Shown here: positions 1-10,441 of the stretch, piece after piece | Position numbering within the stretch: the stretch's first letter is position 1 | How the letters are laid out: each line of letters begins with the position of its first letter | Assembly (NCBI GenBank): GCA_963833985.1 | Contig: CAWIAD010000002.1 | Span: 2,720,001 to 2,784,000, forward strand | DNA from: an uncultured Planctomycetaceae bacterium | Lineage (GTDB): Bacteria > Planctomycetota > Planctomycetia > Isosphaerales > Isosphaeraceae | Reading direction: 5' to 3' | DNA length: 64,000 nt | The notes under the pieces: generated by a model | Seen by the model: only the letters and a program-made list of their open reading frames with translations | What the model was told of the DNA's origin: nothing | Databases searched by the model: none | Made by a program: the position numbers and the translations under genes

Positions 1-813
1 AACGGCCCGGGCGGCATCAAGCCCGATTCCCGTCCCTGGGAAAAGGTCCAGGACGAGTATGCGTTCATCGACGACCTCGCCACCCTGCGGCCGCAGGTTC
101 GAGGCGCCGGGAACCTGGAGCGGTTCGACTACTGGCTGAATAGCTTCCTCTACCTGAAGCAAACTGCCCGGGTGAACGGCATCTGGTACCGGCTGGACGA
201 GACGCTGGCCCGGATGAGAGCCGAGAAGAACCCGGAGACGCGGCGGACGCTGGCGGTTGACCGGGCGCTGCCGGTTTACATGGAGCTGCTCGCTGCCCTG
301 GCCGACCTGCACCGGTATCTGCTGGCCACGGTCTCCACTCCCGGAGAACTCGGTACGGTCGCCAACTGGCAGCAGCACAACGTGCCAGAGCTTGTGCACA
401 AGCCCGCGCGGGAGCTGGCGCAGGCCCTGAGCGTCAACGGCGGCAGCGCCGCTTTGCCCGCTGCTGCCCTCCCGACACGGTCATACCAGGGGGCGCCGCG
501 GCTCATCGTCCCGGTGGCTCGCACCACGATGACTGCCGGCGAGCCACTGGATTTGAGCGTGATCGTGCTCGGGGCCCGGCCTGCTCACGGTGTCGTGGCA
601 TGGCGCCGGCTCGGCGATCGAGACGTGAAGTTCCAGGAAGTGCCGCTGTCCCACGAGGCCCGTGGTGTCTGGGCCGTCTCGCTGCCGACGGAAGCCACGC
701 GTGATGATTTCGAGTACTTCGTCGAGGTCTCGCCCGTCGGCGGGCCGGTGCTCCGCTTTCCGGCCACTGCCCCCGAGCTGAACCAGACGGTGGTCGTCAC
801 GCACCCCGGATGA
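1..813 (+). CDS. 5'-truncated secreted protein, probably the C-terminal part of a large glycoside-hydrolase-like protein
   Basis: Frame is open from base 1 (NGPGGIKPDSRPW...ERFDYWLNSF...) into the 172..813 ORF; ends in a beta-rich tail (DFEYFVEV...FPATAPELNQTVVV). Family is a tentative recollection. Confidence 0.55.
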   Translation, partial: NGPGGIKPDSRPWEKVQDEYAFIDDLATLRPQVRGAGNLERFDYWLNSFLYLKQTARVNGIWYRLDETLARMRAEKNPETRRTLAVDRALPVYMELLAALADLHRYLLATVSTPGELGTVANWQQHNVPELVHKPARELAQALSVNGGSAALPAAALPTRSYQGAPRLIVPVARTTMTAGEPLDLSVIVLGARPAHGVVAWRRLGDRDVKFQEVPLSHEARGVWAVSLPTEATRDDFEYFVEVSPVGGPVLRFPATAPELNQTVVVTHPG

Positions 814-883
814 GCTCAGGACGAGTTGACCACTCGAGCCGCGCGGTCCGGCCGGCTTGTCTGGAGCCTTGCCGGCCCCTCGA

Positions 884-1837
884 TCAGGCCTGGCGCGGTT
901 TGCGCCGCAGGACCGCCGCGGCCGCCAGCCCGAGAGTCCAGCAGGCCAGGGTGGCAGGCTCGGGAACTGGCTTGCCATCGAGCAACTGAGCACCCTGGAT
1001 GTTGGTCAAGGCCGCGCTGCCGTTGGAAGCAAGGGCCGCCTGAAGAGCCTGGGCCGCACCCTGGCTGAAGGCGGAGCCGGGGCTGACCATCATTGACCAG
1101 TTGGCGTTCCGGGCGTCGATGTAGTTTCCGGTCTGGTCGTAATTCTCGCCCACGCCGAAGGCAAGCATGAGCTCGTGGGAGATGTTGTGTGCGACGATCC
1201 ATTGCAGCTGGTCGAGGCTCTGGGCCGATTTGGCTTCCTGATCGATGAAGCTGAATCCGCTGCCGCCCACCTGGGTCATGCCGATAACCCCGGGCGTCGT
1301 GTTGCTGGTGGTGCCGGAAACAAGGCTCAGCGTGTGCAGCGCGGGGGCGGTGGAGTTCAGTGTCAGGTTGATGGGCACGCCGCTTTGCTGGAATGTCTGC
1401 TCCACCCGCTGGAGGACCACGTTATCGAAGCTGGAGATCTGCTGGGCCGTGGGCTGGCCGCCGAAGAGACCGGTGATCTGGGGGCTGGTGTACCAGGGCT
1501 GTGAATTACCTGTGGTGATCACGCTTGCCAGCGGGTAAGGACCCGTGCCCAGGTTCAGATTCGCGTTGGCGATGGGAACGGGCGAGGGCGCGAGCAAGGC
1601 CGCGGACGTTAATGGAACGGCGCTCGGCGGCAAGACGTTGGTGTTTGTGCTGGCAGGGGCGTAGAACGAGGTCGCGAAGGAGCTTGCCGAAGTATTATTT
1701 GCGGCCATGCTGGCATAGGACGGCGACCACCACCACCACGCGCCTGAAGTTGAGTTCACCGGTGCCGCGGTGGCCGAGGGAGCCACCATGCCGGCGATGA
1801 GCACGCTCAAGGCGACGTACTTGAAGGCGGTCATCAC
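884..1837 (-). CDS. PEP-CTERM sorting-domain surface protein with a degenerate zincin-like motif
   Basis: N-terminal signal peptide; C-terminal VPEP + hydrophobic helix + basic tail (VPEPATLACWTLGLAAAAVLRRK); internal AHNISHELMLAFGV. Confidence 0.85.
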   Translation of the reverse strand: MMTAFKYVALSVLIAGMVAPSATAAPVNSTSGAWWWWSPSYASMAANNTSASSFATSFYAPASTNTNVLPPSAVPLTSAALLAPSPVPIANANLNLGTGPYPLASVITTGNSQPWYTSPQITGLFGGQPTAQQISSFDNVVLQRVEQTFQQSGVPINLTLNSTAPALHTLSLVSGTTSNTTPGVIGMTQVGGSGFSFIDQEAKSAQSLDQLQWIVAHNISHELMLAFGVGENYDQTGNYIDARNANWSMMVSPGSAFSQGAAQALQAALASNGSAALTNIQGAQLLDGKPVPEPATLACWTLGLAAAAVLRRKPRQA

Positions 1838-2486
1838 GAACCTCCTGTTCGCTCAACCTCGAGCGGCCGTCCTGGCTGCCCAAAGACGATTACCCCGATT
1901 TCGTTTCGATAAGCGACACCTTATTTGCACTGACCTGCGGCTCGGAGTGCAGACCAAGCGTCCGTTGCGGCTTGTGATCTGGTTCGCCCAGTCACTTCGG
2001 CGTTACCGGAGGCGAGAATCACGATCCGGAGCAGGCGGCGACGTCAAAGTTAGCAACTGACGTGCCAATCTCTGGACGAAAGTCCGCCACGGTCGTAACA
2101 CACGGGGCCGCACCGGGGTACAAGGAGAAGTGGCCGGTACACCCGGCCCACGTCGCGCTCTCGCCCACCCTGCGTGCGGCACGCTCGATTTTGCTGAAAA
2201 AACCGAGAATTCACGCATTCTTTGCCAGGTCGGCGGCGGTGCGACCATCATTGACTTACCGGATGAGGGGCAAGCTCCAGGGGCCGTGACAAGGTCTCAG
2301 ATTTCCAGCCCGGCCGCGTCCTTGAGCGGCAGCCTGGGCCTCGCGCTGTGAGGTCGTCGAGGCAAAAATGACAACGCCCCGAGTAAAAGTTGCAAGAACC
2401 GTACCGTGAGAGCGATTCGGGCCGGCCCGAGCGGCGCACGGTCGCATCCTGGTCCGGCGGCGCCGGGCCGATCTGCCCGATCAATC

Positions 2487-2669
2487 TCAGCGGTCCTGCG
2501 CCGGGCGGCGCACGGTCACCTCGCTGGGAGTCTCATGCCGGCCCCGGAACGCGCGCTGCTGCTCGTCGAGCAGGTGGCGGCGGTCCAGCGCCCGCACCTG
2601 CGTCGTGGGAATGGTTCCGGCGTAAGTCGAAGGGAGGCTTGTGCCTGGGCGTTGGCGCGAAGGTTGCAT
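2487..2669 (-). CDS. Possible small hypothetical protein (60 aa, MQPSRQRPG...)
   Basis: ATG preceded by an AAGGA-like element, inside an otherwise empty 1-kb gap; no family recognised. Confidence 0.3.
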   Translation of the reverse strand: MQPSRQRPGTSLPSTYAGTIPTTQVRALDRRHLLDEQQRAFRGRHETPSEVTVRRPAQDR

Positions 2670-2868
2670 GGGCTCGGATCCTTGTTGAAGATCAAAAATG
2701 AATGGCCCGAACGATCGGCGGCGAGGTCTTTCCCGGCAGTGCACCAAGGTCCACAATGTGTGTCGAGCAACCCGTCAGGCGGAACGCTGAACGCGGAGCC
2801 GTCGACTCCGCGGCTGAACCACGATGGCTGGTCAACGGCTGATCCCATTTCGGAACGCGCAGACCTTG

Positions 2869-3578
2869 ATGAGCAAGCACCTGAACTGGAACCTCATTCG
2901 AGGAATCGTCTTCGATGCGGTGGGAACTTTAATCAAACCCGTGCCTTCGGTGGCTGAGGCTTACGCCGTGGCGGCGCGGCGCCAGGGGGTGGACCTGGAC
3001 GTGGGCGAGGTGCGCTGCGCTTCCAGCGTCATTTTCGAGCGGACCTGGTGCAGGCGGACCGCGGCATGCACTCGACCGACGAGGCTACCGAGGTCCTCCG
3101 CTGGCGCCGCATCGTCACCGAGGTCTTGCCCGAAGTCCTTGACCCGGAGCGCGCCTTCGAGGAGCTCTGGCAACATTTCCGCCAACCCGAGTCGTGGCGC
3201 TGCTTTGCCGACGTGGCCCCGGCGCTTGCGGCCATTCACGAGGCCGGTATCGCCGTCTGCGTGGGCTCCAACTTTGACAGCCGGCTGCGCCAGGTGGTCC
3301 TGGGGCTGGACGAGCTGCGGTGGGCCGTGGACGCACTGGTCATTTCGTCGGAAGTGGGCTTCCGCAAGCCTCACGGCCGCTTCTTCGAGGCGGTCTGCCA
3401 GCACCTCGGGCTGCCACCCGGGCGCATCCTGTGCGTGGGGGACGACCTGGAAAACGACGTCCGGGGCGCCTTGGAGGCGGGGCTCTCGGCGTTACTCGTG
3501 GATCGGGGAGGCCAGCAGCCGAACCATTGCCCTGTGGTCCCGGATCTGGCGGCCCTGGCGCGGTCGCGGCTGACCTAG
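2869..3578 (+). CDS. HAD-IA family hydrolase (apparent frameshift near 3014)
   Basis: Motif I FDAVGTL in one frame; SNFD, SSEVGFRKP and VGDDLENDVRGA in the next frame. Confidence 0.85.
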
Positions 3579-3846
3579 ACCTGAAGTTCTACGAGGCATT
3601 TTGACGATGATCCGGTAAGAGGCCGGCCGCGGGGCAGGCGCCGGAGAATTCCGCGCCGTCCTTCCCGCGGGACTCGGCTTGCCTGACTGGATCACTTGGT
3701 TTAGATTCCGGCGCGGCCAGGAAGGCCCTTCGACGAATCGCGAGCACGAGTTCCACCTGATCTCGGCCGGGCTGGACGGAATTGGTTCGCGGGGAGTGGA
3801 AGCCTGGTTCATGTCCGCTCCTTTCAGGGAAGAAAGGAAGTCGCCC

Positions 3847-4977
3847 GTGGTCGCTACGGTCGAACAGCTTGCGGCCCTGGTTCAAGGACGTCTTGTGGGT
3901 GATGGAAGCCTGCCGATCCGCTCCGCACGGCCGGTGGCCGAGGCGGGCCCGGGCGACATCACCTTCATCGAGAGCGAACGCTACGCCAAACTGCTGCGCA
4001 GCTCGCCCGCATCGGCCGCCATCGTGGGACCCCACTTCCGCCAGCAGACGCCCTCCCACAACGAGGACCTGGTGGTCATCGAGGTGGATGACCCCATTTC
4101 CGCGTTCCTGGCGGTCCGCAACCACCTTTCCGGCACGGAGAAAACCCGCTGGTCGGGAATTCATCCGCAAGCTTCTGTGGCATCCACGGCTCAGATCGGT
4201 AAAGACGTGGCGATCTATCCCTTCGTCTATGTCGGCGAGCAGGCCGAGATCGGTGAGGGAACCACGCTCTTCCCGGGTGCGGTTGTGGGAGCCGGTTGCA
4301 AGATCGGGCAGGGATGCACCATCCATCCCAACGCGGTGCTTTACCCGGAAGTCGTGCTTCGCGACCGCGTGGAGATTCATGCCGGCACGGTCCTCGGGGG
4401 CGACGGCTTCGGATACCGCCAGGTGGACGGCCGGCACATCAAGGTTCCCCATAGCGGCGGGCTCGAGGTGGGCAACGATGTGGAGGTCGGCGCGAACTGT
4501 ACCATCGACCGGGCCACCTTCGAGTCAACGCATATCGGCGAGGGAACCAAGATCGATAACCTCGTGATGATTGGCCATAACAACCAGATCGGCCGCCATA
4601 ACCTGCTCTGTGGGCAGGTGGGCATCGCCGGTAGCTGCACCACCGGCGATTACGTGGTGATGGCCGGCCAGGCCGGGATCAAGGACAAGACCCAGATCGG
4701 CGACAACGTGATCGTGGGCGCCCAGGCGGGCGTGCATCGCAACATCCCCAGCGGCCAGCAGGTCCTGGGCTCGCCGGCCATACCGGTGCGCGAACAGCGC
4801 AGGCTGTTTCAGATGATCGCGCGGCTGCCGGAGATGCACCGCCAGCTCCGCGAGCTCGGGGCGCAGATCGATGTGCTCACTGCGGCCCTGGCAAAGGCCA
4901 CCGGGGACGACCATGACGCGCCGGCGGACGACTCCCCGGGCGTGCCGAGCATCCCCAGCGAGGAGCAAGCGGCATGA
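3847..4977 (+). CDS. lpxD: UDP-3-O-(3-hydroxyacyl)glucosamine N-acyltransferase
   Basis: Hexapeptide repeats, GGDGFGY, IDRATF, TKIDNLVMIGHN; GTG start after AAGGAAG (ATG at 3811 is an alternative). Confidence 0.95.
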   Translation: MVATVEQLAALVQGRLVGDGSLPIRSARPVAEAGPGDITFIESERYAKLLRSSPASAAIVGPHFRQQTPSHNEDLVVIEVDDPISAFLAVRNHLSGTEKTRWSGIHPQASVASTAQIGKDVAIYPFVYVGEQAEIGEGTTLFPGAVVGAGCKIGQGCTIHPNAVLYPEVVLRDRVEIHAGTVLGGDGFGYRQVDGRHIKVPHSGGLEVGNDVEVGANCTIDRATFESTHIGEGTKIDNLVMIGHNNQIGRHNLLCGQVGIAGSCTTGDYVVMAGQAGIKDKTQIGDNVIVGAQAGVHRNIPSGQQVLGSPAIPVREQRRLFQMIARLPEMHRQLRELGAQIDVLTAALAKATGDDHDAPADDSPGVPSIPSEEQAA

Positions 4978-5933
4978 CTCCGCCACTCCTGAGACAGACC
5001 ATTGCCCGGGTCTCCGCGCCGCCGCGGGCGTCAACATCGCGTCACTCCGCCGGCGGCAGGATCCTTCGTTCGGACCGCAGCCCGGCCAGCGGCAACATGG
5101 TCGGACTGATCGCGGGGAGCGGCCGGTTCCCCATCGTCTTCGCCGAGGCGGCCCGGCAGCAGGGGCTCTCGGTCGCCTGCGTCGGCATCAAGTACGAGTA
5201 TCCCCAGGAGCTGCACGCGCTGTGCACCTCGCTGGAGATCGTGGGTGTGGCCAGGCTCGGCAAGATGATCCGCGTTCTCCGCCGGCAGGGCGTCCAGCGG
5301 GTGGTCATGGCGGGCAAGGTGACCAAGAACGTGATCTACACGCCCTGGCGGTTCATCCAGCTCTGGCCCGACCTGCGCACCTTGCAGTGGTGGTATCGCC
5401 GCAGCCGTGCCGACAACCGTGATGATTCTCTCTTGCTCTCGGTGATCGACGAGTTCGGTCGTGACGGGATGACGTTCGCTTCGGCCCTGGATTTTTGCCC
5501 GGAGTTGCTCGTGAAAGAGGGAGTACTCACGCGCCGCGCGCCGACCGCGGCGGAACGTAGCGACATCGAGTTCGGCTGGGTGATGGCCAAGGAGATGGGC
5601 CGGCTCGACGTGGGTCAGTCCGTGGCCGTCAAGGAGAAGGCGACCCTGGCCGTGGAGGCCATCGAGGGGACCGACCGCTGCATCGCCCGCGCCGGCCAGC
5701 TTTGCCGCGCCGGTGGCTGGAGCCTGGTGAAGGTGGCCAAGCCCCAGCAAGACATGCGCTTCGACGTGCCGACCATCGGGGTCACCACGATCGAGAACCT
5801 GCACCGCGCGGGTGCTCGTGTGCTGGCCATCGAGGCCGGCAAGACCATCGTCATCGACCAGCCCGACGTCGTGGCGCTCGCCGACAGGTTCGGCATGTCC
5901 ATCATCGCCTTGCCGGAGGGGTGGAGCGCCTGA
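4974..5933 (+). CDS. lpxI: UDP-2,3-diacylglucosamine diphosphatase LpxI
   Basis: GLIAGSGRFP, DVGQSVAV, AVEAIEGTD, KPQQDMRFDVPTIG; overlaps the lpxD stop. Confidence 0.92.
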   Translation: MTPPLLRQTIARVSAPPRASTSRHSAGGRILRSDRSPASGNMVGLIAGSGRFPIVFAEAARQQGLSVACVGIKYEYPQELHALCTSLEIVGVARLGKMIRVLRRQGVQRVVMAGKVTKNVIYTPWRFIQLWPDLRTLQWWYRRSRADNRDDSLLLSVIDEFGRDGMTFASALDFCPELLVKEGVLTRRAPTAAERSDIEFGWVMAKEMGRLDVGQSVAVKEKATLAVEAIEGTDRCIARAGQLCRAGGWSLVKVAKPQQDMRFDVPTIGVTTIENLHRAGARVLAIEAGKTIVIDQPDVVALADRFGMSIIALPEGWSA

Positions 5934-6015
5934 GGCGGCCCGCGAGCCGGGCTCGCCGCCAGCGGGATGATGCAGGACGATCCTGACTTCGGCCGGAAGG
6001 GGCTGCTGCGGCGGA

Positions 6016-7035
6016 TCACCACCGCCAGAGCACGGTACCCCAGTTCAATCCCGAGCCGAAGCCGGAGACCAGGAGGTTGTCGCCGCCGTAGACGTTGCCG
6101 AGAGCCAGAACCTCATCCAGAGCGATGGGGATCGAGCCGGCCGAGGTGTTGCCGTATCGCTCCAGGTTCTTGTAAACCTTATCGCGGTGGAAGCCGAGCA
6201 CGTCGCTGGCCGCGTGGATGATGCGCACGTTGGCCTGGTGCGGGATGAACCAGCGGATGTCGCCCACCTTGCAGCCGGCATGGTCCAGGACGGCCAGAGT
6301 GGAGTCGGCCAGGATGCGAACCGCCCACTTGAAGATGGCTCTGCCGTCCATCGTCAGGTAGTGCAGGCCCTGCTCGACGGTTTCCGCCGAAGGAGGAATG
6401 CGGCTGCCGCCGGCGGGCCGGCTGAGCAGGTCGCCGCCCGAGCCATCCGAGCCAAGCTGGTAGGCGATCATCCCCTGATGATCGCTGCCGGGGCCCAGCA
6501 AGACCGCCCCGGCGCCGTCGCCAAAGAGCGGAAAGCTCTTCTGGTCGCCCGGGTTGATCACCCGGCTGTTGCAGTCGCCGCCGATCACCAGGGCGCGCCG
6601 GCTATTGCCCGTGGCCACGAACTGCGAGCCAATCACCAGTGCGAAGACGAAACCGGCACAGGCAGCCTGGATATCAAAGGCCGGGCAGTTCAGCTTGAGG
6701 CGGTCCTGCACCAGGTTCGCCGTGGATGGAAAGGCCATGTCCGGAGTGAACGTGGCCAGCACCAGCAGGTCGACGTCGCCCGGATCGCAATCGGCGGCAC
6801 GCAGACAGCGCAGGGCGGCCTGGGTGCAGAGGTCGCTGGTCGCCTGATGCGGCAAGGCGAACCGGCGTTCGTGAATTCCTGTCCGGTTGACAATCCACTC
6901 CGGGTCGAAGCCCAGCGAATCCTGAAGGTCCAGGTTGCTGACGACGTTCTCCGGAACATAACTTCCCGTACCGAGAATCTGCACGCCGGTCAGCGTACGG
7001 GTCCTCGGAGCGATATGAACCTGGCCATTGCTCAT
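6016..7035 (-). CDS. fabH: 3-oxoacyl-ACP synthase III
   Basis: GTGSYVP, AACAGF (catalytic Cys), FGDGAGA, PHQAN, GNTSAGS. Confidence 0.95.
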   Translation of the reverse strand: MSNGQVHIAPRTRTLTGVQILGTGSYVPENVVSNLDLQDSLGFDPEWIVNRTGIHERRFALPHQATSDLCTQAALRCLRAADCDPGDVDLLVLATFTPDMAFPSTANLVQDRLKLNCPAFDIQAACAGFVFALVIGSQFVATGNSRRALVIGGDCNSRVINPGDQKSFPLFGDGAGAVLLGPGSDHQGMIAYQLGSDGSGGDLLSRPAGGSRIPPSAETVEQGLHYLTMDGRAIFKWAVRILADSTLAVLDHAGCKVGDIRWFIPHQANVRIIHAASDVLGFHRDKVYKNLERYGNTSAGSIPIALDEVLALGNVYGGDNLLVSGFGSGLNWGTVLWRW

Positions 7036-7414
7036 GGGCAACAAGCGACCGTCAGCCATCGGCGCTGGAGCGACGCAACCGTGAGTCCCCGATGGTTCGC
7101 ACATACCGGTTCGAGGACCCCTCCATGGGAACTTCGGGCGGGCTCGATCGCGAGCCGACACCAAGCACAATAGGCCGTCAGTCGGCTGCCTGGGGCAAAG
7201 CTGACCAACGCTCCCGGAACAATGGCAGAGTACTGGATGGATCCGGCAAGACCTTGACTATAATAGGACCATGGCGCAATGACCATAGCAAAGCGGTGGT
7301 GATTCCGGGGCGAAGTTCGCGGCTTTTTCCTGCCGCACGGCACTCCGGACCGGCGGCCTGCGAGCCGCCCCCGTTGCGATCGCACGGCGGTTCGGCCGAG
7401 GATGGATGGAGTCA

Positions 7415-7864
7415 ATGAGCGCGACCGAACACGTCATCCGCCTCCGCCAGGGATGGGAGCTGACCACAAGAGGTCCTCTCGACGAGGCTTCAAGGCGCGT
7501 CAGCCTGCCTCTGCCGGCGGTACCCGGCAACGGCCTTCCGCTCCGCCTCGTCCGCCGCTTCGGATGTCCGCCCTTTGACCCGCGGACCGAATCGCTATGC
7601 CTGCGCCTTCGATCCGTGCCCGGTCTGGCCGGTCTGACGCTCAACGGAGTCGCACTTTCCGGAAGTCCTGACCTGGATTTCAGCCTGGAAATTCCGCTCC
7701 CCGGCCTCAGCCCACGGAACGAGCTGGCCCTGGAGCTTGTGCCCGCGCCAGGCTGCACGGCCGAGAGCCATCCGGATTGGGGAGACGTTGCGCTGGTGGT
7801 CCGCCCGCTGCCGTTGAGCGCACAACCCGTGGTCCCGCCGGCACCTGGCCGCCCTTTCTTCTGA
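7415..7864 (+). CDS. Hypothetical protein, beta-sandwich-like (HVIRLRQGW...RRFGCP...RNELAL)
   Basis: Plausible ORF divergent from fabH; resembles a conserved planctomycete small protein. Confidence 0.6.
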   Translation: MSATEHVIRLRQGWELTTRGPLDEASRRVSLPLPAVPGNGLPLRLVRRFGCPPFDPRTESLCLRLRSVPGLAGLTLNGVALSGSPDLDFSLEIPLPGLSPRNELALELVPAPGCTAESHPDWGDVALVVRPLPLSAQPVVPPAPGRPFF

Positions 7865-7987
7865 CTGCCGGCCGCCGGCTGTCCACCTCGAGGCCAAGGC
7901 TTGGCCGGGAACCGCGGCCGCGATACGATGGAGATACGATTCCATAGAGCCTTGACACCAGGCGACTCACCCGGGACGACATGGCGC

Positions 7988-8779
7988 ATGCTCGAATACG
8001 ATCCAGACCAGGTGCGCAGAACCTATCAGCTTTGCCGGATCGGTTTTCTTTTGCTGGCCATCGCGCTGGTCCCGGCATGCCTGCTGATGTTGCTCTCGAT
8101 GGTTGGCCTGCTGGGTGACCCTCAGCTCTTCAACCGCATTGCCGAGTCGCCCTGGAACCAGTGGGTCTCCACGATCAGCGTCTGGGGCAGCCTGGTGGGG
8201 ACGATGCTGCTCTGGGGCCGCTGGGAGCATAAGAGCTGGCAGCGCAGGACCGGTCTGCTGCTGGTCATGTGCATCGTCGACCTGGTGGTCTGGTTCATCG
8301 ATCGCGGCGAGAACCAGCCGCCCGGGCAGGGGAACTGGTTCCGTTCCAACCTGGGCCAGGCCCTCGGCTGGGCGGAGTTCGCCCTCATCGCCAGCCTCTC
8401 CGGCGACTACCTGGTGCACATGGGCCTCACCCAGGCGGACGACTCGGCGCGGTCCACCCGTTCCCTTTCCGCTACCGGCGCGGTCGTCTGGCTGCTCATG
8501 TTCTGCGAGCTGACCCACTGGGACGCCGGCTGGCCCTTGCGGCGCCGAAATCTGAACATGCATAGCTGGCTGCTGTTTGTCGGCTCGGAGCTGATCTGGA
8601 CGATCACCCTCATCCAGGTGACCGCGCTGGTGGTTGCCTCGTTGCGGCAATCCAACCGCACGCTGGCCGAGATGGAGACCGAGTACCAGGACCACGAGCT
8701 ACTGCGGTTCCACTCCGATTCCCCGGACCAGAGTGCCCTGGTGAAGGCTCAGCCGAAGTCGTTCGGTCCGGAGGTCTGA
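7988..8779 (+). CDS. Hypothetical integral membrane protein
   Basis: About 6 hydrophobic segments; start uncertain (7928 or 7988). Confidence 0.7.
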   Translation: MLEYDPDQVRRTYQLCRIGFLLLAIALVPACLLMLLSMVGLLGDPQLFNRIAESPWNQWVSTISVWGSLVGTMLLWGRWEHKSWQRRTGLLLVMCIVDLVVWFIDRGENQPPGQGNWFRSNLGQALGWAEFALIASLSGDYLVHMGLTQADDSARSTRSLSATGAVVWLLMFCELTHWDAGWPLRRRNLNMHSWLLFVGSELIWTITLIQVTALVVASLRQSNRTLAEMETEYQDHELLRFHSDSPDQSALVKAQPKSFGPEV

Positions 8780-8872
8780 GCGGTTCTCGTTTGTGCTTCG
8801 CAGATCCAGGGCCCGGCATGGCATGACCTGGCTTTTCCGGCTTTTCCGCCGAGCGAGCCAGCGTTCCGTGGC

Positions 8873-9844
8873 TCAGCACTCGATGTCGGCAGCAGCGACG
8901 GGCTCGGCTGCGGTGGGTCGTAGCTCGCGGAGCGAACGGGGCAGGGGGAAGTGGACGTTCTCTTCGCGCACGAACGCTTCCTCGATGGTCGCGCCGTGGT
9001 GGTTTACGAGATACTCGATGCACTGGCCCACCACCTCCTCGGGCGCCGAGGCTCCCGCGGTGATGAGCACCGTGTCCACGCCCTCGAACCAGTGGGACTG
9101 GATGTCCGAGACTCCATCAACCAGGTGGGCGGGGATGCCCATCGAGGCGGCAATCTCCGCCAGCCTGCGGCTGTTCGAGCTGTTCTGGCTGCCCAGCACC
9201 AGAACCAGGTCGGCACGCGCCGCCAGCTCGCGAACGGCCTCCTGGCGATTCTGGGTGGCGTAGCAGATGTCGTCCTTGGGAGGGTTGGCGATCTGCGGGA
9301 ACTTTTCTCTCAGCGCCGCGATCACCAGGTTCGCGTCGTCAACGCTGAGGGTTGTCTGGGTAAGATAGGCGACCTTCATCGGGTCTGCGACTTCGAGGTG
9401 CCAGACATCCTCGGCGGTCTCGACAAGCACCATCCGCTCGGGTGCTTCGCCCATGGTGCCGATCACCTCGTCGTGCCCCTCGTGACCGATGAGGACGATG
9501 GTGTACCCCTCGCGGGCGTACTTGATGGCTTCCAGGTGCACCTTGGTGACCAGCGGGCAGGTGGCGTCGATGGCGAGCAACTGCCGGCGACGTGCCTGAT
9601 CGCGGATCTGGGGCGAGACGCCATGGGCGCTGTAGAGAAGAGGCGATCCCTCAGGAACCTCCTCGAGCGACTCGACGAACACGGTCCCGCGCTTCTTGAA
9701 GCGGTCAACCACATACTTGTTATGGACGATCTCGTGGTACACGTAGACCGGAGCCCCAAAGTAATCGAGCACGCGTTCAAGGCACTCGATTGCCATGTTC
9801 ACGCCCGCGCAGAATCCGCGGGGATTGGCCAGGATAATCTTCAT
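8873..9844 (-). CDS. ispH: 4-hydroxy-3-methylbut-2-enyl diphosphate reductase
   Basis: PRGFCAGV, HEIVHN, SAHG, DATCPLVTKVH, QTTLS, DICYATQNRQ, NSSNS, TAGASAPE. Confidence 0.97.
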   Translation of the reverse strand: MKIILANPRGFCAGVNMAIECLERVLDYFGAPVYVYHEIVHNKYVVDRFKKRGTVFVESLEEVPEGSPLLYSAHGVSPQIRDQARRRQLLAIDATCPLVTKVHLEAIKYAREGYTIVLIGHEGHDEVIGTMGEAPERMVLVETAEDVWHLEVADPMKVAYLTQTTLSVDDANLVIAALREKFPQIANPPKDDICYATQNRQEAVRELAARADLVLVLGSQNSSNSRRLAEIAASMGIPAHLVDGVSDIQSHWFEGVDTVLITAGASAPEEVVGQCIEYLVNHHGATIEEAFVREENVHFPLPRSLRELRPTAAEPVAAADIEC

Positions 9845-10069
9845 GATGCGCCGGTTCCTCGGGAACTAGAAAAGGACCCAAGTATCCTAGGCTGCAAGCC
9901 GGCTCAGGGGAAGCGAGGATCGCGCGCGTCCCGGCGCCGGCACCTGGCGTCCCGGGGGCCGCATTTCCTATCCTTGACTCTCTGACCTTTCGTTGATTCG
10001 CTGAACACGAGACGAGATCGCGTGGTCTCTGAAGCCGCAACGTTAGGCGGACAAAACGCGAAGGAGGCA

Positions 10070-10441
10070 ATGATGAATGAACTGCACCCCATAGACCGGG
10101 CCATCGCGGCACATGCCCGGTGGAAGTCCAACCTTCGGCTGGCGATCCAGACCGGCAAGAGCGAGTCGACCGTCGAGCAGGCCCATCGCGACGATGCATG
10201 CGCCCTGGGACACTGGCTGATTGATCGCCCGCAACATGAAAAGCACGGCGAGCACTTCCGCAACGTCCACGACCTGCACTCACGGTTTCACCGGGAAGCC
10301 GCGCACGTGCTGGAACTGGCCCTGGCCGGCAAACGCACGGAGGCCACCGCTGCCATGGCCATCGACGGGTCCTTCACGGCCGTCTCCGTCAAGCTGACGG
10401 CTGCCCTCACGGCCTGGAAGAAGGTCCTCGACCCGAAGTAA
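10070..10441 (+). CDS. Stand-alone CZB (chemoreceptor zinc-binding) domain protein
   Basis: AHARWK...DDACALGHWL...HSRFH (3 His + Cys pattern); AAGGAGG ribosome-binding site. Confidence 0.85.
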   Translation: MMNELHPIDRAIAAHARWKSNLRLAIQTGKSESTVEQAHRDDACALGHWLIDRPQHEKHGEHFRNVHDLHSRFHREAAHVLELALAGKRTEATAAMAIDGSFTAVSVKLTAALTAWKKVLDPK

